DNA of 64,000 nt, taken from NCBI GenBank assembly GCA_013115125.1, contig JABANN010000040.1, forward strand, positions 1 through 64,000, given 5' to 3'. Below the pieces are notes generated by a model. It was not told where the DNA came from. It made no database searches and saw nothing but the letters and a program-made list of their open reading frames with translations. The DNA is from Perkinsus olseni (Eukaryota). Position numbers and translations under genes: made by a program. Shown here piece after piece: positions 1-13,194 of this stretch; position 1 is the stretch's first letter; each line of letters begins with the position of its first letter.

Positions 1-589
1 GCTTGAGGTTGGGGAAGTAGTGCTGAAGCTCAGTAACCCACTCGACACCGATGAAACCGGCACCGACGACGAGAACGGTAGCCTTCTTCTTGTTGAGGGC
101 GGCGAGCTTCTCGTGCTCCTCGAAGATATGACGACGGCGACCCTCGATGAAACGCTCATCGATGTGCTTCCACTCGGACGCGGCGATGGCACCCTCGTTT
201 ACAGTGGGGGCCCAGAGAGACTCACCCCACTTGGAGAAGAGACCGAAAGTGCAACCGGCGGCGATAACACAGTAGTCGAAGGCGACCTCCTCCTCGTGAT
301 CGGAGAACATGGGCTTGACGTGAGCTATCTGCTTCTCACCGTCGAGCTGAGTAACCTCACCCCAGAGGAACTTAATGCCCATGGTGCGCTCAAGAACCGA
401 CTGGTAAGTGAATGATAGAGCGTCGTAATGAGTGGGCTTCACGTAGGCACGGAGAATACCGGGGGTGTACTCGAAGTACTCCTTGGCATCAATAAGGGTG
501 ACGTCGAAACGACCCTTGAGCTCGTTGGCGGCGAACATGCCGGAGAAGCCACCTCCGATGACTAAAGCGCGACGCTTGTCAGAAACCAT
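1..589 (-). CDS. FAD-dependent pyridine nucleotide-disulphide oxidoreductase, AIFM2/AMID/FSP1-like (N-terminal part, runs off window)
   Basis: Minus-strand open frame from ATG at 589 (absent from the ORF track because there is no stop in the window): MVSDKRRALVIGGGFSGMFAANELKGRFDVTLIDAKEYFEY...FDYCVIAAG...ATVLVVGAGFIGVEWVTELQHYFP. Two GxGxxG Rossmann motifs. Confidence 0.85.
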   Translation of the reverse strand, partial: MVSDKRRALVIGGGFSGMFAANELKGRFDVTLIDAKEYFEYTPGILRAYVKPTHYDALSFTYQSVLERTMGIKFLWGEVTQLDGEKQIAHVKPMFSDHEEEVAFDYCVIAAGCTFGLFSKWGESLWAPTVNEGAIAASEWKHIDERFIEGRRRHIFEEHEKLAALNKKKATVLVVGAGFIGVEWVTELQHYFPNLK

Positions 590-1749
590 TAAAAGAACAA
601 AACTAAAAAAAGGATCACAATATGTACTTGAACCAGTCCTGAAGGAATACACACGAGAGTTGAACGCCACCGCTAACAATCGTCCGACCTCAGCGCTAGA
701 TTCCCTCAGCTCGGCGCTGTGACAGGAGCACGAAGGCGAATCTTGCGAGCGACGAGTGTGAGCTGTAGGACTCGGCCGTCCTCCCTCCACATCGAAAGCT
801 GAGCTATCGCAGCCTGCGATAGCTTCGTTTCCAACTCCCAAGATAAACTTCGATCACCGTATGTAGTAACTCCAGCTTTGTACTCCGCTTGACTAATCGA
901 GCCAAAAAACGGCTACTTCTAATGTTCGACGAGCCGAAGGCCATTAAGCAAACATGGAGACATTTTGTGTGCTAAGCCTAATATCCAGTCTGGATGACCC
1001 AGAATGACCAAATTGTGTCTGTTCGCCACCGCTTTCGAAGCTAGCTCTCTGCACCACACTGGCCACTCGATCACGAGCCGAAAAAGTGCCTTGCTCGACA
1101 AAAAACGACAACGAGCTCAGCTCGGGAGTTGCTGCGGTGACCTGCCCACGTAGGGTATACTCAACAAACACGAGTCCATAACGTTATGAATGAAAGGGGT
1201 GTATATTATACTTAAGTCGTCTTGAACACAAACATAGGGTCTTTATCGTATTTATCGTCAAACCGCTGCAACCACCGATCCAGCAAGTCTTGAGGGCACC
1301 TCATAAATCTAGCATCGCCGCCGCCACTCGTGTTGAAGGATTCTATGTACCTGAGGAAATCACAGTGACAGTCCGCCGCAAGTCGAATGATATGAGCATT
1401 TTTACCGGAAGAGATTCAAAGCGACTTTCCTCGCAAACTCCCTCTTGAAGTCTACTGATTCGCTAACTGTACTCATCTTGGGTAAGAGGGACTGAAAATC
1501 CACCAGTGAGATTCACCGATCGGAATCTCGCAGCACCTACCTCGGAGGGCTCGAAGGCCAAACCAATACGAACAGCAGGCATGATGGCGATATCCGGGTT
1601 GAGCGGCCAGCCTGGTGAGAAGATATCAGTCGGCTTAGCATTTGACAAGGCGCCAACGAACGTGGCACCGTCTGAGAAACAACAAACTCAGGAGAAATCC
1701 TTTCTCCGCCATGATGAGGATCCGTTATTACCTGTTGTCGCTGTGTAGT

Positions 1750-3740
1750 AGACTCCTAAACCCACAGTGTCCGAGGGGACAGGTCGCAGGAGAAACACCG
1801 AGAACGATGATATACTGCTCGGGTTGGGCACATCGACGTGCCAGCTGACACCACAACACAACCAAGTACACGATCGACCTCGGAGCGTGCGACCTGCACT
1901 ACCTAGTTTCCGTCTCTTGAACGAAGTCAGTGATAACAGGTCTTCCAGGTATTGCCAGACCGAACATAGGGCCAGGTGCATTAACAGGGGGTGTGTTCAT
2001 GGGGTCAATCAGTGAAATAAAGTTGAGCTGCAATCTACGACAGAGGACCTCGATGGCCGACCTCTCAAAACTATGGAAAAACCAAACATGAGCAAAGGAC
2101 AACAACCTCTGAGGCTCCTCATCATAAGACCATGGTACAGCGGGCAACAAGCCCCAAGACGGTTTCAAAAGTACGCTGGCTTCGTGCGGAGGCAGTTGGC
2201 CTGGTTCAGCATGCCCTCTCGAAAACGCCATATTCTGTCCAGTGGATTCCGGAATCTGAAGGACTCTGTCTAAGACAGCTTAGAGAAGGGCGACGAAGCA
2301 CTCACTGTGAGCTTCTGTACTTCTCCAAGTCGCTAACAAGGTCCGGCTTCCAATCAAAATTTGCGCGAGAGTCAGTAGTGAAGAGGTCGCAGTCTCTCAA
2401 CGTGAGAGAGCCTAGAAGAGTCCTCGAGACTTGAAGCGTCTGAAGCGAAAACCAGTCGAGCTTACCGTGACTTCGAGACCGAACTAGCTCGTTCTCTCGC
2501 TGCCCAGATCTTCCACCGAATGACTCCGGATTGGCGGTCAAGTGCCGTATTCTATTATCAAGGAAAGCTAATCGCCGAGCGACCTGAACCGAACAATACC
2601 CGAGACCCTGGACCAGCGGAAAACATACTCGGGGTGAGTCAAGGTCTGGCGTGTGTAGAACGAGCTGGGCTTTGTGGTCATTGGTCACAGGACCTAGGGA
2701 GTGAATCAGCTCTCTCTGAGGACTCATGAGTACTACCCACTTACCGAGCCCTTCGATGACAGCGAGCATGTCTCGGCAATATTGGGCACCACTGCTCAAG
2801 CTACTGCTGGTGCCGTAGCTCTTACTCGCCAACGAGGACGTGAGAGAAGAGTAACTGCTGGATCGACTGACCATACTCGCTACAGAACCTGAGGCAGGGC
2901 GCAACCTAGATGGCATCTTGAGTCCATTGTCTTGCCTTCAATCGCAGCGCTTTTACGAGTCCCTCCTGATGCACCGCTTGACCCGCGGGTGAAAGAAGAC
3001 AATACACAGGCCATTGACACGAGGCAGCAGCTGACAAAGCCTGAAGGATGCTCTTCCAGCCACCGCTCTCTGATAAGTGGTAGATGTTAAGTATTCGCAC
3101 CCAAGACTCGCGTGAGGCAAACACAAGAGCAATCCGAGAGCGAAAGACCGTTCAGCAGCGTGATTAGGTGCCTGGCCAGCACCTGGCGATGAGACTTCAG
3201 CCTCGCTGTCGCATTTAAGGTTTAGCGCAGAAGCGCAGACAAAACCTTCAACAGCACTCTCCTACCGATCATCCAGGGGAGCTGGGGACTCGGTATGCGT
3301 TGCCAGAAACACAGTGAGAGTCACTGGGCTGCTCAGAGCGCGGGCCCGCAGGCACTTCTCTCCCACTGGCTCGAAATCCGCCATCCGACCGCACTACCGG
3401 GGCTAACATGCACCGGGCACTGGTCAAGTGCTACAAAGGGTCAGCACTATCGACCGTCAATCGACACTGTAACAGAGTTCCTCAGAGATTAGGGAGAGCG
3501 GACCTCTATAGCCTAGCTCAAGCAGGAACTTGACGCAGTTTGGCAAGAATAAATCAAGGAACGTTGCCTACGCTAATCATCTGGACTCGAAAGCCTGATA
3601 AGCCGGCGGTACTGTACGAGACTCCCACAGAGAGAGCTGAAGTTCGCACCCGTCAACGGGCTCGTGCAGGTTACAACGCCATTGGCAAGATATGTTCGCA
3701 CTGCGGCCGAGGCGACGTTATTGCTCCCGACTGATAGACG
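1750..3740 (+). mobile_element. Possible degenerate non-LTR retrotransposon remnant
   Basis: No spliceable gene; stops in all frames. The 3' part gives LKQELDAVWQE and RAEVRTRQRARAGYNAIGKICSHCG in different frames, resembling the C-terminal (L.RLRTGH...CxxC) region of LINE ORF2. No intact YADD motif seen; boundaries approximate. Confidence 0.3.
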
Positions 3741-3961
3741 ATGAGCAGCTGAGTTAAGATATAGACTTTATACGAAGTGGAGAGATCTAAAAAGATAGCC
3801 TCAAAAGGCCCTTCACCACGCCTTCACTGAAGGTGAGCCTTGCCTCCAAATCGATCACGAGGGCGAGCGGTGAATTTTTTTCGTGGATGTACGAACCTTA
3901 CTGATCAGTATGCCTTGAAGATAACGGAATTATTTGTCACAGTTGAGTGTAGATTTTCGGT

Positions 3962-6900
3962 ATGGAGCAGACTTCGTTACTAGACCAGCTCAGTGACGAG
4001 CAGAAGAAGCGGTTGGAAGATCTCAAATGCGAGCCAACGGACTTGGAGGAGTGTCTCTCCGATGCCGATCCCGAGGAGTTCGACGACGGCCAGGTAGCAT
4101 CTGGGCGCCGGACAGCGTCATCAGACTGAACGGGAGCTGGTCAGTGGGCCTCTATGGACTATTACCAGTCAATCGTGAGGCGTTGAAGGGGTCTTAGACT
4201 GCTTGAATGGGATTCGGCAGAGTTACGGTATTGAACGTGGCAGATACCCCGAGACGAGGCCTTCCAGTCGACCATTATCATAACCAACTTGCCTAAGGTC
4301 GAGGAACGGAAGCTGGATAAGCTCAAGCATGTCTTGGCTAAGACAATCAGGAAGGTTGATGGTTGTGGCGAGGAAGAGCCAGACATGTAGTACTGGGATT
4401 TGGTATGGCTTTGAGAAAACAGCGGCGCCCTGTTGCCATCGGTTTGATGGCATCAAGCACCATCTCGACTCAGTGGATCGCTTGAATACGTCACGAGCTG
4501 TTTTCGGTGTGAGTGTTGCTATGGTGCGTGATAGTTACATGCCAATCAACGAGGAAGAGGGTCACACCGACGGTGTGGCGGTGGTCACATTCGCCAAGGC
4601 GAGCCACGCCGCGGAGGCTTTGAAGGTAATTGGTGACAGCGCTATTGGGTCCCTGAGTGCACTGCGGAGCAGGTTCTCGACCATTATCACTTTGGCAAGG
4701 CTAACGTGCTGCGGACTTTCGCCATCGATCACAGAGACGAGGTGCTCGCATGCAATGATGATGGTACAATGCCGGAGGAGGACGAGGGTGAGGAGTCCGC
4801 AGATGTAAGCATACGCCAAGCACCTCCATTCTTGGAGGAGATGGATATTTCTCAGCATTTCCAGCACGGTCGTTTGATGGCCGGCTACACTCTGAAGGAT
4901 ACTCGGGATTGGATGTTGGACAAGGAGTGGAGGGAAATGCTCGCTATAAGGTTCGCCTGAGAGAAGCACTACGTGCGAGTATTCCCTTAATGCCATCAGA
5001 TATGAGAAGCAAACGGAAGTCTCATGGTACACCCACCTGGACAAGCGTGGGCCTGTCATCCAGTATGATGGCGCTCGGGAGCGGGCCCAGCGGAAGGTGT
5101 GGACCGACTCTAATGTGGCTTGGAGTCCGAGGGGCACCTTCTTGGTCACCTTCCACGCTCCTGGTGTCAATCTTTGGGGCGGTGAGAACTTTGAGAAGAA
5201 GATACAGTGCGAACATGCTAGGGTTCGTCGTGTTATCTTCACCAACAATGAGAGGTAGGGAGTTGCTTGTTTGCCTTGAGTGACTTGTGAGTTGACGCAG
5301 GTACCTGATGACTTGGAATGGTACTAACCCGTCCCATGCTGATCTCGCTGCTGTGCGGATATTCGATCTCTTCACTGGGGAGTGCAAGCGAACGATGCCC
5401 TTGCCTGAGCTGGCTGCCGTTGCGGTAATAACACCAGGGTGTAGTCTGCCCGCCTACTCAGTGTGCTTGTTGTAGGACCCTATCGTCCCGGCTGAGCCCG
5501 CTGTGTCTGGCCCCGGAGCACCTGTTGCTGCCTCGAGAGGAAGACGCACGGTAACGCCCGTACTCGGCCTTCGTGAAGGAGCATCAGCGCTTATTTTTAT
5601 CAGATTCCGATGTACATGTGGTCCCACAGCGGAGATTACTTTGCCAAGAGGTTGGACAATGGAGTGTAGGTTGCATGCTCTGTCGCCAAGGCTTCTGGAA
5701 AGTGCCTTCTCAGAATGATCTATGAGACTCCCTCAATGGAGATGAAGGAGGTCTTGAAGTATCCTGGCATCACGGCGATCTCCTGGTGTCCGGCCAAGCG
5801 GGACATCCTCGCTGTCTGGGTACGTCTCACTCGGTCAGGCTCGCAGCCGCTCGTATGCGGCAAGTGTTCAGGTTCCCGAGAGCGCCAACTCTCCCGCAAG
5901 GTTTGCTCTGCTGGAGTCCAAGAAGAAGAGCCCCTTCAAGGAAATCGTTGCTAAGAACGCTTTCCAGGTGGGGAATCGGACCGCCCGGTCACTCGGCCTA
6001 GATCACCCGCTCATCTTCCTGTGGCTTCAGATCGACAACAGTCGGCCTGCTGATATCTATTGGCATCCTCAAGGTGACTACGTGGCGACTAACGTTCTGC
6101 GTGTGTCCAAGAGCGGCAAGACTGGGTAAAGCTTCTAGAGGTCCCTATCGACGACGCGTTGCTATGTCGTCTTTTCTAGAAACCCGCTGTTGGAAATCTT
6201 CCGTCTCAACGAGAAGGGTTGCCCGGCTGAGAAGATTGAGCTAAAGAACAGAGCTGTGAAGGCGGTAAGTGGCCGGCTCTTGGACTATGATCACCGCGGG
6301 TATCCGCTTCCTATTAGGTTCACTGGGAGCCTCATGGCAATCGCTTAGCTGTTGTGAACACTAGCACTGAGGGTCGCGACCCAAAGATCTGGTTCTACGA
6401 GGTAGGCTGATGGGGGGCGGTTAAACGGTGGTCGAGACCAGTGTGTGGTGGCTTAGGTGAAGACGACCAGCACCATCGTTGGAGCTCCTGCTACAGTGGA
6501 GAAGGTCGCTGAGTACTCCATGACCAACTACATGCATCTCTTTAAGTGGAATACGTTCGGAAAGTACAGAGTCGACTCACTAGCTTTTTGTTCGAAGACT
6601 GCGTGCGTAGATACTGGGTCATGTGGTCTGAGTCCAGCGGTGAGATCGTCTTCGGATGCCTTACTCCTGAGAACAAGGTGGATATCCACAACACGGATGA
6701 GCACTTCATGCTCAACCATGTCGCGTGGGACCCTAGCGGAAGGTGAGCCCTCGCGTCGTCTCTCGTACTCATGTCCATGCCTGTGTCTGGAAGGTATCTC
6801 CTCACCGCCGTTACCCAGAACATCTTTGAGAGTGCGGCGGGCCGAGGGTACAGGAATGCTCAGGAGAGCGGCTTCTGCATCTGGAGCTTCCAGGGCCGTC

Positions 6901-7419
6901 TTATGTAACAGTGCGCCTTTGTAGTTCCTTGTGGGCATAGGGTTCGGTGCGCAGGTACAAGTGCCCGAAGGAAAGCCTGTGGTTCGCGGACTGGAGGCCC
7001 CATCCGAAGCAGCTTCTGTCTGAGAAGGAGGTTGAGGCCATCAGGAAGGACTACAAGCAGTACATTGCACAATACGAGGCTGGTGATCGGGACTTCGCTA
7101 GCCAACAGCGTGCGGCCGCGGTTGCAGACAGGAAGGCTATTCAGAACGACTTCAGGTGGGTGCCATGAGATTCTTTCGGAAGTGCCTAGTGGGACTATTG
7201 TAGATCTATGCTCAAGGACCTCAAGGAGTACCGTGCTGAGCTGTGCAAATCACAGGGTTGCGAGGACTGGGAGCAGGTGAGCTCACGGAGCCTTGGGTTA
7301 CGTGCGGACTGTGGGGTATTGTGTAGGGCTTCAAGCGTTTGGCTGCCTCGAGAGAGACTGTCACATTCACCGAGACCAGAGAGATCGATCAAGGAAAGCC
7401 GGTAATACTTTGCCAGTGA
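3962..7419 (+). CDS. EIF3B: Eukaryotic translation initiation factor 3 subunit B (multi-exon)
   Basis: RRM exon FQSTIIITNLPKVEERKLDKLKHVLAK; WD region VWTDSNVAWSPRGTFLVTFHAPGVNLWGGENF, ERYLMTWNG, IYWHPQGDY, DEHFMLNHVAWDPSGRY, WRPHPKQLLSEKEVEAIRKDYKQY; last exon ends KPVILCQ*. Many short GT-AG introns. Confidence 0.93.
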
Positions 7420-7823
7420 GCAGGTGGCATTACGTGCATCTCTATAATAACTTTGCGCTTACATACATGAACTGTAATCCTCGCCTGGAATGCTTCGAGT
7501 CATTGTTGCTATTTTTCAGCAAGAGGAGTTGTACTCGTTCTGAGGGGCCTGCTGTCGTGCCCCCGGTTGCTAACCTCACAATGGTGTCAAGCTTAGCAGC
7601 AGCCCCTGCACCAAGGCCGATCTCTACTCCGTTACTCCTCATAACACTGCTTCATAGGCCATCCTGGTGCCACCGCCGCCGCTGTACAACCGCAAAGTAT
7701 CTCGCTCACGTTTCAACAGTCGATTTTTGGTGGCTTGGGTTAGTCGTATAAGGAGTGACTGTGCGGGAGCCGATACCAAAATTCAGGGTGGAGAGCGTCC
7801 GTCGACAGCCACTAGTTCGGACC

Positions 7824-9401
7824 ATGTCTGAACCTCCGCCCGAGCAGGAGGGCGATCAGGGGTTACCTGTTGTCGAGAGCAACTCTTTGGAAAAGGATAG
7901 CGTTGAAGCTGATAAACAGATGGATGTACGATGGGGTCCCTTTTTGGGAGGTTGGCTCGTTCCAACTCACACACCTAGCGAGGCTCTCGGCCATCATTTA
8001 CGAAGTGTAATCGTGTCACTGGGTGAGGGGAGGCAGCAGGTCCGACGGGGGGCTCATACATTCCCGGTAGGCCAGCAGGTTTCGGATTTTCCCTCGATTC
8101 TTTTATCGGTGCTGTTTGAAGCCATGGATGAAACATTGGCAACCTCGCTGATGTGTCTGAGCTCGACCGTTCATTTTCATTCTCAGGTTAGTCGAGAGCC
8201 GTTGAGTGGTTACGAGGACCTAGTTACTGAGGAGGACCTGTATGCTCTGGAGCGGTCGCGGAGAGGACCTCGACGCCCGTCTTGGAAACTGCTCAACCCA
8301 CCGAGGAAGAAAACAATAGACGAAGCGAATCCAGTTGTAGTACATCTAGGGCTGTCGCAGACAATCCGGGCCGGGACAAGTGTGGGAAATGCTATATGGG
8401 TGATTAGTCGTTGTGAGATCACAGCTGATCGGCCCCGGCGGTCTTCGCGGTCGCGTTCAAGAAACGGTATTCAAGACCAAGGCACGCTCGGGTCCTAGTT
8501 CGAGAGAACCTAGTCCTTGTTTTGTATTGGCTGGATATTATCTTGTTGGGCGCTTCACTTTAGGGCCAGCGCAGGGCATCTCCGAGTAAACGTCGATCGT
8601 CTCCTGACTACGCGGACCTCCTGCCGAGTGGAGATGAGGAGAGTGACGATGAGGGCCACCAGCGGCGTCGCGGACGTTCTCGCGAGCTCACTACCGCGGA
8701 CATCGGAAAGAAGGTGTGCTTCGCAGCCGCTCGCTGTCGATGATTATGAAGATCAGACTGGCGGTAGTCCGCGGATAAGGCCGAGAGTACCGAGTCGAGA
8801 CGAGGATCGACTGCCGCGAAATACAAGCGGTGATATCAGGTATTTTCGGAATTCGTTTGATTTTATGCACGATGGTCCCCGTTGGTTCAGGAAGCAGTTT
8901 TATCGGCATAGTGATAACGATTCCCATCGGCGATTCTTCGACCGCAACAGACACACAGGAAGCCGGTTCGAAGACCATTACAAAAAGTACACGACGGTGG
9001 AGGATCAGAAGAGGGTGCAGAGCAATCGAGTCGCGGGGATCAGCGATTTCCTTGCCTGGGCTAAGGACGCGAAGGGAGTGGGTGACGGAGGGACACATGG
9101 TGAGTCCTTGCCTTCGTCATTTCCACTTCGCATCGAGCCTGAACTATCGCACATCTTCGCGCAGGCCAGCAGCGGCCAAAGAAGTCATCGAAATCGATAT
9201 CTTTATCTCCGAGGAAGAGGACCAGTCGACGGAGATCTCGGAGTCGATCTCCCAACTACGATGATAGAATTGAAAAACGCGGGGGTCACCGTGGTGTTGT
9301 ATTTGGTAGACGGCGATGAGTTGTGTACCAAGCACGAGTTGTGTTCCACAGTGGATATCACGCGGCAGTGGGATAGTATATTTCCCCTTCACACGCCTTA
9401 G
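7824..9401 (+). CDS. Hypothetical protein (multi-exon)
   Basis: Long plus-strand ORFs 7755-8498 and 8517-9401 interrupted by plausible GT-AG introns; no family recognised. Confidence 0.45.
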
Positions 9402-9811
9402 AATCACGTGTCTTAGTCTAAGCCTTTCTAAGACTCTTAGAACAGTATGTTTCCCCATGTCACGCATGTTAATGTCTTCACCGCTTCTTCGTCAGGCATA
9501 CACGACGAGATGCCGCATACAGCACATGCTTCGCACCTGACGAATACGCTGGTTACTCACATGGATGGCCCTTTCTGCCAATTTTTAACTATTCCACTGA
9601 TTGAGAAGTTTAACGCAAATCTGCAAATATTGTGATACCTCTTTTTTCCTGGTTCCCAGTAGAAAGCCAGTCGTAGTAAGCGAATCGTCCCGTGCGACTA
9701 GTACAGCACTTGAATAGTGATGTGAAAGAACTAACGGGCCAGAGTCGCTACAACGACCACACAAGCAGCAGAACCACCAAAGGCGGGTAGCAAACTGATG
9801 ATGTAAACAGC

Positions 9812-10344
9812 TTACAACCTGCGACCACGGCGACCGCACTTCTTCCTGGTGGAATCGGTGGGGATGGGGGTAACATCCTCGATACGGCCGATCTTCATGC
9901 CAGCACGAGCGAGGGCACGGAGGGCAGCCTGGGCACCGGGACCGGGGGTCTTAGTCTTGGTACCACCGGTGGCGCGAAGCTTGATGTGAAGAGCGTTAAC
10001 ACCGAGCTCCTGAGAAAAAAGCGATCATCCAACCTAGAAGCAAGAGATGAGAGGAACTATCCCGAGACAGCGGCATTTCCCCGACTTATTACCTTGCACC
10101 TGACGGCGACATCCTGAGCGGCAAGCATGGCAGCGTAGGGAGAAGACTCATCACGATCAGCCTTCACCTTCATACCACCGGTAACACGGACCAAGGTCTC
10201 GCGACCGGACACATCAGTGACGTGGATGAAGGTATCGTTGAAGGAGGCGTAGATGTGAGCAACGCCGAACACGAGCTCACCCTCACGGACCTGGGGACCG
10301 AGCTGGATGGGCTCTTCGGTCTTAGGGGCTTTCTTAGGGGCCAT
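9812..10344 (-). CDS. RPS14: 40S ribosomal protein S14 (uS11); exons 10344-10093 and 10009-9812
   Basis: [56 protein letters not shown]...[60 protein letters not shown]; one GT-AG intron. Confidence 0.98.
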
Positions 10345-10601
10345 TGGAAAAGTGGCTGGTACTAGTTCAGAGAAGCACGGCGCTCGCCAAGGCAGGATTA
10401 GCGCAATCGATTGGAGAAATAGTTGAGGAAGAGCAAGATTATGCAAGTGCGCAAGCTACCGGGAATTGTCCAATGCTTTGGCCACGTCACGTCAGAGCTC
10501 CACGTGAGTTCCGTAGCACAGTGTTGATGCTGCTCGTCGCAGGGAGATTGACATCGATTGACCTTGGCTCAGTAGAGCCTTCTTCTCATTTCACTGACAT
10601 C

Positions 10602-12926
10602 ATGTCAACCTCTACTGCTCAGCAGAGCAACAGCCCGGACTTCGCATCTACGCTGCAGTTCTACTCATCCTCGGCGCCGCCCGCCACGATGTCCAATCAA
10701 GATAAGATGGTCAACTTGGGCAAGCGGGCAGGTAGTAGCAGTAGAGGTGTATGGGAGCGCACTCAGAAGGCTGCTACGAATAAAGCGCGTTGGCACGTAC
10801 TGTTGTTTGGTGCGTCCGTTCGTTCCTTGATGGATGTAAGCGTTTACTGACTGATCGACTGAAAGCAGTGGTAGTAGTACTGATATGCAGCTCGCTTGTC
10901 GAATGGATCAGGCTTTGAGAAATCTCCCCTCGATGGGTGTGCCCACCTCTGTGTCTCATGAAGCTCATCCCGTTTTCGGAAGCGAGTTTGCCGTGGATCA
11001 TTCGAATGCTCGTTTACTTGAAGTTTTCGGCGTTCGTCGAAGAGCTTTCAACGAACACTAGAGGGTGGGCAAAAAGCACGCGGATATCAGTACCTTCTCG
11101 CTGTAGTAATTGCCAAGATCTCACTCAAGTAGTGTAAAGAACACTACGGAACCAGTTGGTAACTTTTGGGACGCCCGCTAGAGCGGAAGATTTTCTATCC
11201 AAGCTCTGGTATAATCAGGCGCTTTGCAGCTGCTATGAACTGGAGCTGTGCAGAGTAATTTTCACTCTCCTTTGTACCGTGTAGGTCAGAGCATTCAAAC
11301 GAATGCCCCAGTCGTCCTTGGCGCGATATCCAGTGCAATCGCTGGTGCTATGAACACCGTCAAGGATGCAGCATCGGGAGCCACAGGAGCATCAACCACT
11401 GCTAAAACTGATGACTTGGACAGTAATACATGGGGGATATTGGGATAACTCTCATCCGGCTCAGCGTCACGGGTAATAATATTTTTCACAACCCAACAAG
11501 GTGCAACAGAGCTGTAGTTTACTCGTTTCCATCACATTCGAGCTTTCGGCTCTGAGTGTCTGAGGTCTCGTGTATGTAGTGGCCCGTGGGGATCTTACCT
11601 ATCCCGCTGGACCGGCAGTACCCTGTTAGTTTGGGCAGTGGTCCTTCCGGTATTTAACTTGTGACGTACCTCACGTTGCCTTCAGCGTTCGATTTGGAGC
11701 TGGGAAAGGTCGATACCGCTGGCCAAACCTCTTCTGGGAGCTCGAGTGCATCGAATGGTCAAGGTAGTATGCCAGGCCCGGGGGTACCGCTGGATTGGTG
11801 CTTTGCCTTCAATTTTTGGGACATCCGGGAATGCCGGACAGACGGCGTGCTTTCGGACGGAGTGGCTGGCCGCTAGGTCTTATGGAATAGATTGTGCCTG
11901 TCAGCTGGGGAGAACGCAAGTTTGATCTCGCAGTGGACGAGCTCAGCCATGCAGTCCGGTACGCAGGCGTTCCAGGGGATGAAGCAGCAGGCGTCGGTGA
12001 GCACTCGGGCTAGTTGGGTTCATGTCCCACTAATCTTCGAGTATCCTGAGGTTAACAATGAAGCCATAGTTGGTGTCTGCACGTTCCGGTTCAGAGGCGG
12101 GTCTTGTCTCCTCAGGATATGGCATCAACTCGTGATACGATAGGGAAGTTCATCATGTTCTTCGCTGCGGGGTGCATATGCATGATGTTGGCCTTGACGT
12201 TCCTCCCGATGGTAGTAGAGGGTATCCCCATTCTCGGTAGCCGTACGAGTGAGTTTACTATCGAACTAGGGGATGTGTCAGCCAGGCGGCTTTGGGAATC
12301 TTGAGGTTGTGATGCTCCGCTCGGGAACAGTTTCACAGATTCAGCGGTTTGTAGTGTCGTGATGTTCGAGCTGCGTTAGAAGGCAGCCCAAGGATAGTTC
12401 TTTTTTCGCAGGTTGTGATCGCACCCCAGAAGTTCGCCCTCATGTTCACCGTGGGAAGCTGTTTGATTCTAATGAGCTTCTCGGTGTTGAAGGTAAGCAT
12501 CCCGTGTGTCATTTGCATTTACGTGTTGAGACTCAACCGTGTCGGTTCGTGACGGTTTCTTTCCCGTGCTTCAGGGCCACGCGGCATTCATAGCGCACAT
12601 CATGTCTCCGGAGAAACGACTCTTCACGGCTGGGTATGCAGCCTCGCTCGTCGCAACATTGTACGGTGCTCTGGTGAGCAAGTCGTACGTTCTCACTGTT
12701 GTTTTCTCCCTCATTCAAGTAGTGGCACTGGCATACTTCCTCGTCAGCTATATCCCGGGAGGTAGGAACAGCTCGGGCCAAGCCAGTCGTGCCAGCGAGC
12801 ACTGTCTCAGGCACAAGGGCCCTCACGATGATAGGGAGTGTGGCGGTTTCAACAGTGAAGAACTTGTTCTCTTCAAACGCCGGCGCTGCTACTTCAAGCT
12901 CACAGTCAAGCGGACTTCCGCTTTGA
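10602..12926 (+). CDS. SFT2: Got1/Sft2-family vesicle transport membrane protein with N-terminal low-complexity extension
   Basis: Four hydrophobic helices across exons: KFIMFFAAGCICMMLALTFLPM|VVIAPQKFALMFTVGSCLILMSFSVLK|GHAAFIAHIMSPEKRLFTAGYAASLVATLYGAL...VALAYFLVSYIPG|GTRAL. The 5' exon structure is less certain. Confidence 0.85.
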
Positions 12927-13194
12927 AGTGGGTATCTAGTTTGTTTTTGGTAATGATGAATAATGTACATTCTACTGAGGGGTCTCTAAAACTGCTGCGT
13001 TTCTACTACTACTGCCAAACTGCACACGGACAGGGAGAGGGTTCAGAGCGTTTGGTGGAGCTTATAGAAGATCATCGTGTAGCTTGGATGCCACCGACAC
13101 AGCAGTAACCGCTTAACCTACGAAGGGCGCTCATGTTTCGTGTTGTTAATTGGTCGGAGCAGCGGGGACGTGGATTTCAGTTGTTAGTCGGCTG

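Noticed and set aside
20-415. 131-aa plus-strand ORF
   Set aside because: Antisense shadow of the minus-strand oxidoreductase.
9812-9850. RPS14 tail [11 protein letters not shown] instead of RRKGGRRGRRL
   Set aside because: Minor lineage-level variation with no evidence of significance.
10561-10572. Spliced-leader relic (CTTGGCTCAG) before SFT2
   Set aside because: The match to the perkinsid/dinoflagellate leader 3' end is too short to exceed chance.
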